Below are positions 15,463-25,189 of a stretch of 64,000 nt of DNA, one piece after another. The position numbers were made by a program, and so were the translations under genes. This stretch comes from a virus. The stretch spans positions 76,479 through 140,478 of IMG/VR virus record IMGVR_UViG_3300027902_000006; one strand, given 5' to 3'. Within the stretch, counting starts at the first letter, position 1. Every line of letters begins with the position of its first letter. Under the pieces are notes generated by a model. The model made no database searches. It saw nothing but the letters and a program-made list of their open reading frames with translations, and had not been told where the DNA came from.

Positions 15463-18129
15463 CTAGTAGTTTTCAAGTAAAATTTTATCTAAACTTATTT
15501 TTTCTTTCGCTGCCCAAGGTTGGTCGATACCACTGAGTTCGTATTCAACGTCAAGGGGTACGTTCAACCACGGATGGGGTTTCTTAATAGCCGCTGTAGT
15601 AATATAGTGTGTTAGTTTCGATACATGCTGTAACTCAGAAGGAGCCACGCTAAACAAAATACAGTCGTGAATCTGTGCGATTATCCTTGACTTCCAATCC
15701 TCCTTCCTAGCTATTTTCATCAACTCGATAAAACTCCAAAGTAGTAGATGAAATGCCGTTCCTTGGATAGCTGTATTAAGAATCTGATTTCTATCTAAGA
15801 ACCCTTGTCTACGAAAACCATGCTTGAGTAGTACTTTTCCAGTTTCGTAGTACTTATTAACCCACTTCTCTTTCCATTGTGTGTAGACGGAGAACTTCTT
15901 CCAAAAGTGGTCCTCCTCTGCTCTAACATGAAGACTAAAATCATCTAGAGTGGATATACCCTTAGATTTCAAATGTGTGTGAATCGGCATTCCATCCTCT
16001 AAAGTTAGATCATCACTCCACTTCCATAAATTCTCAGCACATGGAGCATACCAACTTCCATAAAACTGAGCAAAAACAAAACCACCCTTGACTAAATTTC
16101 TAATCGGTTTGTTGATACGATCTTTTTGAAGTAAGAATATCCTCTCTGTCTGATCTCTGTGCATATCCGATGTAGGATCTTCACAGTAGTGAATAAGTTC
16201 TGGATCTTGTGTAAAGCAGGCAGCTACTCTGACTTCGTGCATACCGAAATCGACTTCGAGAAGTTGCTGACCCGGATGTGGGAATATCCCATTTCTGACC
16301 AACAACATCATGCGTTCGTTTCGTACGGGAATGTTTTGAAAGTTCGGGTTCTGGCTCGAAGAGCGATAACTTCTCACACTATCTAGATGAAAGAACGGAT
16401 GAATTGTATCGTCGTAGATTTCTTTCATCAATCCACGTACGTAAGTAGATTCAGTTTTAGTGGAAGTTCGTAGAATAGTAATGTTCTTAAGAAATGTTCT
16501 CAGGCTTTTCTGGGATACTGTTTTAGCTAACTCATCAATATCGGCTTTATCTAGCGATGGATTCTTTTTTGCTGTATACTTGAGTGGTTTAACTCCTAAC
16601 GTATTAAAAAGCAGTTTCTTGAGTTGATCTGGAGAGGTTGGATTAAGTTTAACACCGGTCTCCTTCTCCCAAAGTTTGGCATAATGGGAGTTCATTATAT
16701 TCTCTTTAGCGACTTTGCACTCGTCTTCCATGCCTTTCTGAACTTCTGTGAAGTACGCCATTGAAGTTCGTATTCCAGTTATCTCTGAATCGAGGAACGC
16801 TAAAGATCCTTCGTGAAACAGATTGTAAGCCCCTGTCAACCCTTTAATCTGCTTAAGTTCTTCCATCTGGTCTAGTGCTAACCTATGGGCGAACATTGCG
16901 TCTAATCCGTTGCGTAATAGGAGTTTATCTATAGGACATGCTTCAATATTGTTGAGGTCGTTAGAAGTTTCAGACTTCATAAATGGAGAAGTCTCATCTT
17001 TGAAACCCGCTATTCCATATCTCACGAACGTCTGAAAAGCTAGGCTCTTGATTCCGTGTCTATCGTCCAATACATGTGTAGCTAACTGAGAACACCATTT
17101 CCATCCCTTTATGGAGGTCTCCAAGATTTGTCGGGCCCACAACTCTTCAAATTTGAAGTTATGAGCCGTCTTCTTAATATCTAAGTTCTTTAGAATCATA
17201 CGTAATAGGGGAACTATCTCTGGAAACATCGGAAAAGAAACTCCCTGTTCTGGATTCCACGAGAGTCCGACTGCGACTATCTTATGGCCCGTCTTATAGG
17301 GCTTTAAACCAGTAGTCTCCCAATCCAACGTCAGAAGAGGAGGTTTATCTCGCAGAATCGTCTCTAGGACTTGTATCGCTTCTTCTGGACTGAAGATACA
17401 TCTGATCTTATCTTCTTCTCGAGTCAGTTCTGGAAATGGCTTTAGAGAGTTACCAATCGCTACTTCCATTTTTTGTCGATAGATTTTCAACAGTTTCTTA
17501 TTCGAACCATATTGAAAAAAAGATGGATGATACTGAGGGATAACCCAACACTTTAAATCTCGGTCGGGAATACACCAATCTGCCCATCTAGATATGGCAG
17601 GCTGTTCCCCCCCTATCTCTATATCTAGAAGGTATGACTGAAGTGGAACTCTTCCAGTAAGAATAATAGCTTTCGGTCTACGATCCTTAATAAGCTGCCA
17701 AGTCTCTCCATGACACAAAGCGATCTCTCTATCGGTCGGAGTTCTATTACTTCCCGTCTCTGAGATTGGTCGACAGCGCACGACATTGCACTTATAAAAG
17801 TCAGCATCTAAGTCGTATCCCAACGGAGTTATAATCTCATCTCGGAATAACTGACCGGCCTGACCGCAAAGTTGATACCCTAATTTATCTTCCGTTGACC
17901 CAGCCGCTTCCGCGAGGAAAAGTATTCCTGTTCGTCCCTCTCCTGTAACCCCCATCTTAGGGGAACGACAGGTTTTATACAAGCCACATTCTTCACATGG
18001 AGGCAACGTTTCCTTAACAACTTTAGCTCTACGCACCGTTGGAGTAGAGGAAGAAGACATCTTACTAACAGTTCGCTTGACTTTTAGTTTAGTCTCTTCC
18101 TCATAGTCAAAAAACTTTCTAATAGTCAC
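15463..18129 (-). CDS. polA: family A DNA polymerase with N-terminal family-4 uracil-DNA glycosylase-like domain and 3'-5' exonuclease
   Basis: CEECGL..AEAAG..NVVRCRP..YHPS (UDG); LDWETTGL, AHNFKFE (exo); NFQNIP, DFGMHEVR, KGGFVFAQFYG, IQGTA, QIHD (polymerase). Confidence 0.92.
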   Translation of the reverse strand: MTIRKFFDYEEETKLKVKRTVSKMSSSSTPTVRRAKVVKETLPPCEECGLYKTCRSPKMGVTGEGRTGILFLAEAAGSTEDKLGYQLCGQAGQLFRDEIITPLGYDLDADFYKCNVVRCRPISETGSNRTPTDREIALCHGETWQLIKDRRPKAIILTGRVPLQSYLLDIEIGGEQPAISRWADWCIPDRDLKCWVIPQYHPSFFQYGSNKKLLKIYRQKMEVAIGNSLKPFPELTREEDKIRCIFSPEEAIQVLETILRDKPPLLTLDWETTGLKPYKTGHKIVAVGLSWNPEQGVSFPMFPEIVPLLRMILKNLDIKKTAHNFKFEELWARQILETSIKGWKWCSQLATHVLDDRHGIKSLAFQTFVRYGIAGFKDETSPFMKSETSNDLNNIEACPIDKLLLRNGLDAMFAHRLALDQMEELKQIKGLTGAYNLFHEGSLAFLDSEITGIRTSMAYFTEVQKGMEDECKVAKENIMNSHYAKLWEKETGVKLNPTSPDQLKKLLFNTLGVKPLKYTAKKNPSLDKADIDELAKTVSQKSLRTFLKNITILRTSTKTESTYVRGLMKEIYDDTIHPFFHLDSVRSYRSSSQNPNFQNIPVRNERMMLLVRNGIFPHPGQQLLEVDFGMHEVRVAACFTQDPELIHYCEDPTSDMHRDQTERIFLLQKDRINKPIRNLVKGGFVFAQFYGSWYAPCAENLWKWSDDLTLEDGMPIHTHLKSKGISTLDDFSLHVRAEEDHFWKKFSVYTQWKEKWVNKYYETGKVLLKHGFRRQGFLDRNQILNTAIQGTAFHLLLWSFIELMKIARKEDWKSRIIAQIHDCILFSVAPSELQHVSKLTHYITTAAIKKPHPWLNVPLDVEYELSGIDQPWAAKEKISLDKILLENY

Positions 18130-18665
18130 TGATTAGCCTCGAAAAATGCCTTTGCAAAACTTGGGGGCGTGATACTTCTCTCCTCTTTTTGCCATCCAAA
18201 GAGTCGAATATGAATCTTACTACCCTCTGTCGGTTCGACAATGTTTTGCTTAGGAATATTAAAGTTTCCCCATAGACACGTTTTCTTTGTATATGGGTCT
18301 CCGTAGTGAAATGGATGGAAATAGAGTGTGGGTTTTCCTAGATAATGGACCAACCGTCCTACGGGGTTCTCCAACGCCCAAAAAATGGGTTGGGAAATCA
18401 TAATAACTCTTAGGCAGGCGTCTACTACTGAGAGACCCTCTAGAAGAGCTTGGGTTCCTTTTTCTTTCCACCAACGGGCTCCGCTTCCGGCAAGGTGACA
18501 GCAAGGAGGCGCAGCCAAAACTCCGTAAACTTCTTTTGGTGGAAAGAACAATCGAATATCGTTCTCGGGCAAAGTTATCAAACGTACGTCGTATCCTGCC
18601 TCTCTATAGGGAGTAGACCATGCACCAGTTCCTCCACAGAGATCTAAGATTATTTTAGACATCAA
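18126..18665 (-). CDS. short C5-cytosine-type DNA methyltransferase
   Basis: LDLCGGTG (motif I), APPC (motif IV), ENP (motif VI), RSITP. Confidence 0.75.
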   Translation of the reverse strand: MMSKIILDLCGGTGAWSTPYREAGYDVRLITLPENDIRLFFPPKEVYGVLAAPPCCHLAGSGARWWKEKGTQALLEGLSVVDACLRVIMISQPIFWALENPVGRLVHYLGKPTLYFHPFHYGDPYTKKTCLWGNFNIPKQNIVEPTEGSKIHIRLFGWQKEERSITPPSFAKAFFEANQ

Positions 18666-19650
18666 TCAAGACCATAACGTGTTTAAAGTTCGGACCTGTA
18701 AACACACATCTGTCCTTTCCGACAACCACGTCATGAGTAAAGTTTAGAATCTGTTCTAAGTAAAACGGATTAATAAAGATTTTAAACTCCGGACCTGTGT
18801 AGTCCACATCTAGTTCTTCCTCTACCCAACCTAACTCCTTTTGCCCTCGACAAGTTATCTTGCCAGTAGAAAAGACTAACTCAACTTTAGTCTCAAACGA
18901 AACTTCAGTAACGGTCATTATACGACAACGTGCTAGTGCTTCTGTCATATCTGGAAGAGTGATTGTCGGGCCATCTACCATCGTATAACTCGCTATCTTT
19001 TCTTCGTCAAAAAACTCTTCTTCCATCTTCCGCACACTAAAAACCAAGCCTCCTGCCTTAAAATGAACCCAATTCTCATCAACAAGAAGATGCGTAGGAT
19101 CGTACTTTTTAAGTTTTGACAGACAAAACCCAGGCAGGAGAAAATCAAATGGACTAGGCTCTTGCAATATAATGTGAGTTACTCTATAGCCGTCTGAGCT
19201 TATTACAGAACGATCCTTAACATGAACGCATGTAAACTTAGGACGTGTCATATTTTTACTCACGGAGAATTCTGACATCTTAATGGCAGAGAACAGATCG
19301 GGTGAAAAAGATTGCCACTCACCTGAGACGCTAACCGGAGGATATGAAACCTCCAATATGGAAATTCCTGCTCTTACTTTTCCACAAGTCAAGCGGAACT
19401 CAGTTCCCTCTGTAAAGATTGTCACATCTTCACTAGGTAGTTTGGCAAGAATCTTTGTGAGTTCCTCTGCTCGCACTCCTCCGTCAACTCCCGACTCAAA
19501 CGGAATGGAAACAAAGATTCCATCATCAAATGTGACAATGTGATCGTTATGAAAGCGGAAACAGACATTCTGTTCAATGATATCTTTCTGTGCTAGTCCG
19601 GGTGAAAGTTTATTCAGTGTCTCTATCAGAGTCGATCTTTTTACATTCAT
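18655..19650 (-). CDS. dnaN: DNA polymerase sliding clamp (beta-clamp-like)
   Basis: 331 aa, SSDGYRV and FINPFYL patterns, near clamp loader and polymerase. Confidence 0.75.
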   Translation of the reverse strand: MNVKRSTLIETLNKLSPGLAQKDIIEQNVCFRFHNDHIVTFDDGIFVSIPFESGVDGGVRAEELTKILAKLPSEDVTIFTEGTEFRLTCGKVRAGISILEVSYPPVSVSGEWQSFSPDLFSAIKMSEFSVSKNMTRPKFTCVHVKDRSVISSDGYRVTHIILQEPSPFDFLLPGFCLSKLKKYDPTHLLVDENWVHFKAGGLVFSVRKMEEEFFDEEKIASYTMVDGPTITLPDMTEALARCRIMTVTEVSFETKVELVFSTGKITCRGQKELGWVEEELDVDYTGPEFKIFINPFYLEQILNFTHDVVVGKDRCVFTGPNFKHVMVLIDV

Positions 19651-20029
19651 CTGGAGTCTTTCTCCTCATTGTGATTTTAACTTTCGTTTTAGGTTCTAGT
19701 TCTATACTCCAATTGTAGTTAGAGTACCAATTCCCCCCCGTAGACCGCTCTACGGGTTGGTATGGTAAATGTGTTTCGTACATTCGAAATGTTGAAACCG
19801 GATCTGGAATCGGGGAGTAGGCCGATGGTAGTACCAGAGGTTCAGACGAACTCCCCGGCACTCCCCACGAATAGATACTAGTAGGGAATTCACGCCTAGA
19901 CCAAGGAAATTCGTCAAAGGTAAGTTCAGATTCTTCTACAGTTCGGACTTCAGACGTTTCTTCGGTAGAAAAGAACTTACATGCTTTAGTTTTTCCTTTC
20001 TTCACCGCCCTCTTTTTACGTCGACGCAT
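19610..20029 (-). CDS. hypothetical protein with KITMRRK tag
   Basis: ORF overlapping dnaN and dnaX; VKITMRRK near the C-terminus. Confidence 0.55.
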   Translation of the reverse strand: MRRRKKRAVKKGKTKACKFFSTEETSEVRTVEESELTFDEFPWSRREFPTSIYSWGVPGSSSEPLVLPSAYSPIPDPVSTFRMYETHLPYQPVERSTGGNWYSNYNWSIELEPKTKVKITMRRKTPDECKKIDSDRDTE

Positions 20030-20948
20030 GATGAGTTACTCCTTGGTAACAAGCAAGTGTCAGACCAACTTCTTTAGTATGAAAGAATGGTTCCGAGAAG
20101 CACTCAATTAAGATTGCCGCTTGTCGATTAGGATGTTCCAACAACACGGCCTGACAATAGCGTAGTACAGCCCACCTAATCGCTTCTGGGTCTTTTTCTT
20201 TAAGACGAGTGAGAATAGATGCTACATCTTTCCAATCTGCCTTGTCCAAAAGAGCTTTGAGTAATTCTCTTACTGTAGATTCTTGGGAAGAACTCTCGAT
20301 GGCTTCAAGCAACGCTCTTTCATCGAGAATGTCTACTACTTTATCCAAGATCACTAATGCTTCACGAGGTATCCCGTGACAGACGTCTTCCCTACTGATT
20401 TGTTCTATAGCCTTCTTGGGGAAATCAGACACGCTAGCTGCTTCCAGTACGCTATTGAGTAGTCTGCGTATTTCTCCGGCCTTTAGAGGCTTAACTTCGA
20501 ACCGTCTACACCGGGACAAGACTGTCCCAGGAAGTTTGTCTGGATTCGTAGTACATAGAATGAATACGACATGCTTAGGAGTAAATTCTAGAGCATCTAG
20601 GAGACAGTCCCAAAAGTCACCCGTGGCTCGTTGGCACTCATTGAGTAGATAGATTTTGATGGGACCACCCATCGGTCTAAGTCGCATGTTACTATCAAGT
20701 TCTCTAGCTTGGTCTATCCCCCGTGTATTGGAGATATTCAAGTGGTGGAAGTCTATTTCGGCACAACCCATCATGTCCTTAACGATGTATGCCAAGGTTG
20801 TCTTCCCACAACCCCTTGTTCCAGAGAAAAGCAAAACTCTAGGTGGGTCTTCTGATGTTAGATTAAGTTGCAGAATCTCTTTTAAAGAGTCGTTTCCGAA
20901 AAACTCTCTGAGCGTCTTGGGTCTAAAGTCGATATGAAGTGGACTCAT
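20016..20948 (-). CDS. dnaX: clamp loader AAA+ subunit (DnaX-like)
   Basis: FRPKTL..FFGN, GTRGCGKTT, FILCTT, SRC; Walker B reads LLNE instead of DE. Confidence 0.88.
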   Translation of the reverse strand: MSPLHIDFRPKTLREFFGNDSLKEILQLNLTSEDPPRVLLFSGTRGCGKTTLAYIVKDMMGCAEIDFHHLNISNTRGIDQARELDSNMRLRPMGGPIKIYLLNECQRATGDFWDCLLDALEFTPKHVVFILCTTNPDKLPGTVLSRCRRFEVKPLKAGEIRRLLNSVLEAASVSDFPKKAIEQISREDVCHGIPREALVILDKVVDILDERALLEAIESSSQESTVRELLKALLDKADWKDVASILTRLKEKDPEAIRWAVLRYCQAVLLEHPNRQAAILIECFSEPFFHTKEVGLTLACYQGVTHHAST

Positions 20949-21085
20949 TCTACTTCTCCATCATAACTTCTGGTAAATCATCCCGTCCGTAAGACTTGTA
21001 GCGCTGCGACCTAGCTCGATGTAGACAGTTCTCACAGAATTTAGTAAAGGTGGTTTTGGGTTCGTGACACCGAGCACACAAATTC

Positions 21086-21289
21086 TCATTTTGCTTTTTT
21101 GGCATCTCTTGTACTCCTTGGATGTTCCTTATTAGTACCATTGGCAAAATATTCCAATAGCCTTTCGTCTGTTTCGTTCTGTAAAAAGAAGTAGGACAGC
21201 AATCTGAACGGATATTGCGCTTCAGTTAACACATCACCTTGTGAATCCTCCTCTAACCAAGTGGCTGTGTAGATCTTTGTCATTTGCAA
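21086..21289 (-). CDS. small protein, possibly a detached N-terminal segment of the DpdA-like barrel
   Basis: KIYTA...RLLSYFFL pattern. Confidence 0.45.
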   Translation of the reverse strand: MQMTKIYTATWLEEDSQGDVLTEAQYPFRLLSYFFLQNETDERLLEYFANGTNKEHPRSTRDAKKAK

Positions 21290-21527
21290 CGCCCCCTTAA
21301 GTCCGAATAGCTATAACCAAGACTTCTCTATCTACACATCGCAGGTAGATAATGGTAACTGTTGAGTTCTTCAAAGGCTATACCGTGGGCCATAAGAAAG
21401 ATTTTAGCTTCCATCTCAGTGTTAAACACAAGGTAGTCAGAACTGTCGTCCTCCATCAGATACTCAAACGGATTCAAACAGACGCCCTCTTGGAACCTAG
21501 CCACAATGACTTCCATACATACCTCCC

Positions 21528-22112
21528 TCAAGGTTTATGTTTTCGAAACACAATGAAATATGAATGAAACTTACGCGCATGTACTTGTTTCAGTTGCTTG
21601 GGGTGTATCATCCTATGTTTTGCCAACAAAATGAACAAATCTACAGGTACGAATCCGATTTTACGTGCCCTGTTAAAAATCTCTACATGTGTAAAATTAT
21701 TCTTCCCGCTTAGGACACCGTCTTGACACTTAAAGACTAGCCAACCAGAAGAAATAAGAACTCTATAGATCTCGATCATTGCTTGCTCATAAAAGTCCCA
21801 GAGGTCTTCTATAGTTCCGATTAACTCTCCAAATTGTTTCTTTAAAGTTGCACCGGGACCCGTTCTGGCCATGAAAGGTGGATCGTAGATTATGGAACTC
21901 AAACTACTATCCTTAAAGGGTAGATTTCTTACATCGGCAGGAATTACATCTGGAAATCTCGGAGACAAATCTAACTTGTACTTAGGTTGTGGAATTTGCT
22001 TATAGAAGTTCCCTCCACCATAAGTTACATCACATTCCACTGGACCAGTGTGAAGATCGGAAATCCAACGCAAAATGTCGTGTTGAGAATATGAAATAGA
22101 TGGGATAATCAT
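21528..22112 (-). CDS. SAM-dependent amino-methyltransferase (N6A/N4C type)
   Basis: CDVTYGGGNFY, DVRNLPF, IYDPPF, EIYRVL..G.LVFKCQD. Confidence 0.8.
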   Translation of the reverse strand: MIIPSISYSQHDILRWISDLHTGPVECDVTYGGGNFYKQIPQPKYKLDLSPRFPDVIPADVRNLPFKDSSLSSIIYDPPFMARTGPGATLKKQFGELIGTIEDLWDFYEQAMIEIYRVLISSGWLVFKCQDGVLSGKNNFTHVEIFNRARKIGFVPVDLFILLAKHRMIHPKQLKQVHARKFHSYFIVFRKHKP

Positions 22113-22936
22113 TCAATTTCCAATGGTGTGGCTGTGCGTCGAAACGGCCTAGGCCAAGGCAGTTGTTCTGCTAGTCCTACCATAAATCTAACATTCACGA
22201 AGTCCCTCCGTCTATACTCAGACTGTAACTCTTCCATAGAAACACTTAGAGTTTCTAGATACGAGAGAACTTCCTGTTGTTCGGCTTTTTCAAGAGTTGT
22301 AAAGTGTTTTCCTACATTATCTAATGAGGGAGAACGATCAGAAACAACAATTTTATGTGGAGAAGTTACAAAGTCGTACTTTCCCCCAATCTTCTTAGGA
22401 ATCCAGACAGTACCATACCTACTTGTGTGAACCCAAGCCGTACTATCGACACTTGCCCAAGGAAAACGAGTCATGAGCATATGACTTGTAACAGCAAAAC
22501 CGTGGAATTTAACAATGGGCATTCCTTTTGGATCTGTTACATACTTCATACAGAGATGAAGCCATTCATACTTCTCTTTTGTAGTTCTATCATTGGCAGG
22601 GCTTAGACCGATGTACGGCATTTCTGCTATCATACGTTCTAGCCAGTAGAACTCCTCGCCTTGATGAAATACGTGGATAAGTTTTTCGACTGGGATGCCC
22701 CTACCTCGCATATAAAGATAGTTTTCCCATCCCTGTCTTGCACTTTCTTCTCGTACTTCCTGTGATAGTTGTTTCTGCCCAAACTTTCCTGGGATAACGT
22801 CTACACTGACAACATAATTAACCTTATCAAGCCACTTTAAACAGAAATTAGTATAGGCTTCTATGTCTATCGTTGTTTGTTTCGTCCACGCACTAAAAGC
22901 CCCGGAGTCTAAAATGATATCAAGTTTCATTGTCAC
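22109..22936 (-). CDS. dpdA: DpdA-like DNA 7-deazaguanine transglycosylase (TGT fold)
   Basis: LDSGAFSAW, VDVIP, VFHQGE, FHGFAVT, FPWASVDSTAW; lies in the que gene cluster. Confidence 0.75.
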   Translation of the reverse strand: MTMKLDIILDSGAFSAWTKQTTIDIEAYTNFCLKWLDKVNYVVSVDVIPGKFGQKQLSQEVREESARQGWENYLYMRGRGIPVEKLIHVFHQGEEFYWLERMIAEMPYIGLSPANDRTTKEKYEWLHLCMKYVTDPKGMPIVKFHGFAVTSHMLMTRFPWASVDSTAWVHTSRYGTVWIPKKIGGKYDFVTSPHKIVVSDRSPSLDNVGKHFTTLEKAEQQEVLSYLETLSVSMEELQSEYRRRDFVNVRFMVGLAEQLPWPRPFRRTATPLEIE

Positions 22937-23602
22937 CTACAGAATCAGACGAGGAACGTCTCGTCTACGGAAGTAGTCCCTTGCTCCATCCTTAACCTGT
23001 GATTTAACATAGGATGCACGATGTTTAACTCCCGTGTTATCCATGTATCTGTTCAGGTATTCAAACTTCCACATGACATCGTCCATAAAATGTTCTATAT
23101 CCTGATAGGGTCGAAACACAACAGGACAACCCAATAACCAGTTACGCCCAAAGTGTGTTTTTGTTAAGAGAACGGTATCCGTTCTCTTATCCCTTCGAAA
23201 CTGAATTAGTGGAAACATACAGGTAATGGGATTGTTCCGATGTATTTTACAACCTTTTATACTAAATGGGCAAGGCTTCCCCTCAAACGCATTGACAAAA
23301 TATGAGATAGAGTTTCCATTAAAAATGAGGTCTAACGATTCTCCTGTCATTTCAGGACAGGCCAACTCTTTTTGTGTGAAGTTCCAAAATCCAGAACAAC
23401 AAGAACAACCAAGATGTTCAAGACAAGAATAGTACCGTTCGAACAGCAATGGACTTATTTTAAAATTACTCACAGGTACTAATGAGAAGTTCTTATCTTT
23501 ACATCGTACTTCGACAGGTTCTAAGATCATGGCTTCGATATAAGACAGTTCTTTTTTAAGACTTGTAACAAAGTTATGTGAAGTCTTCTTACAAAAAGCC
23601 AT
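22937..23602 (-). CDS. Cys-rich CxxCC metal/Fe-S protein (YkgJ/FliB-like; candidate preQ1-modifying enzyme)
   Basis: C-x5-CSCC and CPF....CKIH...P.TC; between queF and dpdA. Confidence 0.55.
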   Translation of the reverse strand: MAFCKKTSHNFVTSLKKELSYIEAMILEPVEVRCKDKNFSLVPVSNFKISPLLFERYYSCLEHLGCSCCSGFWNFTQKELACPEMTGESLDLIFNGNSISYFVNAFEGKPCPFSIKGCKIHRNNPITCMFPLIQFRRDKRTDTVLLTKTHFGRNWLLGCPVVFRPYQDIEHFMDDVMWKFEYLNRYMDNTGVKHRASYVKSQVKDGARDYFRRRDVPRLIL

Positions 23603-23607
23603 TTGTC

Positions 23608-24018
23608 TTAACTCTTCTTGTATGATGCTGTGACAGCTAGGGCAATACCCCCACGGATGTTAAAGTCTCCGATGACAGTCATCTCTCTTGGAGAACAGAC
23701 GGCTACTAAATCATCGAGGATTTTGTTAACAATTGTCTCCATGAAAGAACCATGATTTCTAAACGCAAATAGGTACAACTTTAGGCTTTTCGTTTCGACG
23801 CACAACAAATCTGGAATGTAGCTTATTGTAATAATTGCGAAGTCTGGTTGTTTCGTACGAGGGCAAAGACTTGTCATCTCATTACAAATTAGCTCAACAC
23901 TAAAATTCCGATCTGTATTTTGATTCGGAAATGTTTCTAACATCTCTTTTGTTGGATTATCATATGTGTAAACTGTCTCTTTCGAGCCTAATTGCTTAAG
24001 GTGATCTACTTTATCCAT
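23608..24018 (-). CDS. queF: preQ0 reductase QueF (unimodular)
   Basis: LETFPN, EMTSLCPRTKQPDFA, VETKSLKLYL, F.E, FNIRGG. Confidence 0.92.
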   Translation of the reverse strand: MDKVDHLKQLGSKETVYTYDNPTKEMLETFPNQNTDRNFSVELICNEMTSLCPRTKQPDFAIITISYIPDLLCVETKSLKLYLFAFRNHGSFMETIVNKILDDLVAVCSPREMTVIGDFNIRGGIALAVTASYKKS

Positions 24019-24571
24019 TGTATTCTCTCTCCACTATGTCTAAAAATTCCGCTCTTGCGGCTACATCTTCCATAAATATTCCGCGAACTGTTTGTGTTAC
24101 CATCTTAACTCCTGCTACTTTAACTCCGCGACAAGCTTCACATAAATGTGAGGCCGACATGATAACCATACATCCCTTGGGTTTAACTTCTTCCATGAAA
24201 GAATCAGCTAACTGCTCCGTAAGTTCTTCCTGAATCGACAGCTTTGCAGTGGTGTGTTGTATAAATCTGATTATCTTAGATGCCCCTACGACCCGACAAT
24301 CTGGAATATAGCCAAAGTGTACCACACCACTGAAGTTTAGCATATGATGTTCACAATAGCTATTGAAAGGGATTCCGATTCTTGCTACAATTCCACCGTA
24401 GCAAGAACCGAAATCTTTTAACGAAAAGTCAAAAGGTTGATACCCTCTGAACATTTCCTCATAGGCTTTGGCTACCCTGAACGGAGTTTCTTTCAAGCCC
24501 TCACGCTCAGGATCTTCACCTATGGCGGTTAAGAGTTGTCTTATTAGGTTCTCTATGTTTTCTTTGTTCAT
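24011..24571 (-). CDS. folE: GTP cyclohydrolase I
   Basis: GEDPEREGLKETPFRVAK, SYCEHH, VGASK, IQE, HLC...RG. Confidence 0.93.
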   Translation of the reverse strand: MNKENIENLIRQLLTAIGEDPEREGLKETPFRVAKAYEEMFRGYQPFDFSLKDFGSCYGGIVARIGIPFNSYCEHHMLNFSGVVHFGYIPDCRVVGASKIIRFIQHTTAKLSIQEELTEQLADSFMEEVKPKGCMVIMSASHLCEACRGVKVAGVKMVTQTVRGIFMEDVAARAEFLDIVEREYNG

Positions 24572-24604
24572 ACCTTACCTGTTATGAAATTGAGGGTTAA
24601 TCAA

Positions 24605-25189
24605 TCAATCTAATATACCTAGAACGCGTTGTCTGTCTTCTATCATCCGTGCTTTTCTACGAGTTCTCATCACAGTTTTAGCTAGTCGTTCGCTTTCCAG
24701 TTGTGCTTGCTGGGACTCGGCAGTTCGTAGAACACCGATTAAGAAGTTGGCTCCGTTCTCTAGAATTATATTACGTTCTATGAACAACGATTTTTCGTCT
24801 TCCGTATAAGCACAGAGAGCCCGTTGTGTATTTATTAAGTATTGTCTCCTGTATTGGCTTCCTGTCTCTTGACCCTGTTTAATAATTGCTACAATAGCCA
24901 TGTCTCGTCCAGAACGAAAGCGGACGCCCCTATCTCTATCTACAGTTAACTCACAAGGATAACTGGCTCGTCTGAAGTACGAGTTAAGGTCCCTCACCCA
25001 GAGATTACGACTTACAATCCAATTTTTGTATTCCAACGTTTCTGGTTCAGGTAGACTTCCTGCCAATACCCAATCTAGGGTGAACGATTCCCACGATAGA
25101 CGTCTTTCCGGTCGTTCGTGCCATAATCTCTCGGCTACGTGCGCGATCATTCCATAATACCCATAAGACGACTTTGCACTATACCTCAT
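24605..25189 (-). CDS. hypothetical protein
   Basis: 194-aa ORF overlapping the ParB-like gene stop. Confidence 0.6.
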   Translation of the reverse strand: MRYSAKSSYGYYGMIAHVAERLWHERPERRLSWESFTLDWVLAGSLPEPETLEYKNWIVSRNLWVRDLNSYFRRASYPCELTVDRDRGVRFRSGRDMAIVAIIKQGQETGSQYRRQYLINTQRALCAYTEDEKSLFIERNIILENGANFLIGVLRTAESQQAQLESERLAKTVMRTRRKARMIEDRQRVLGILD

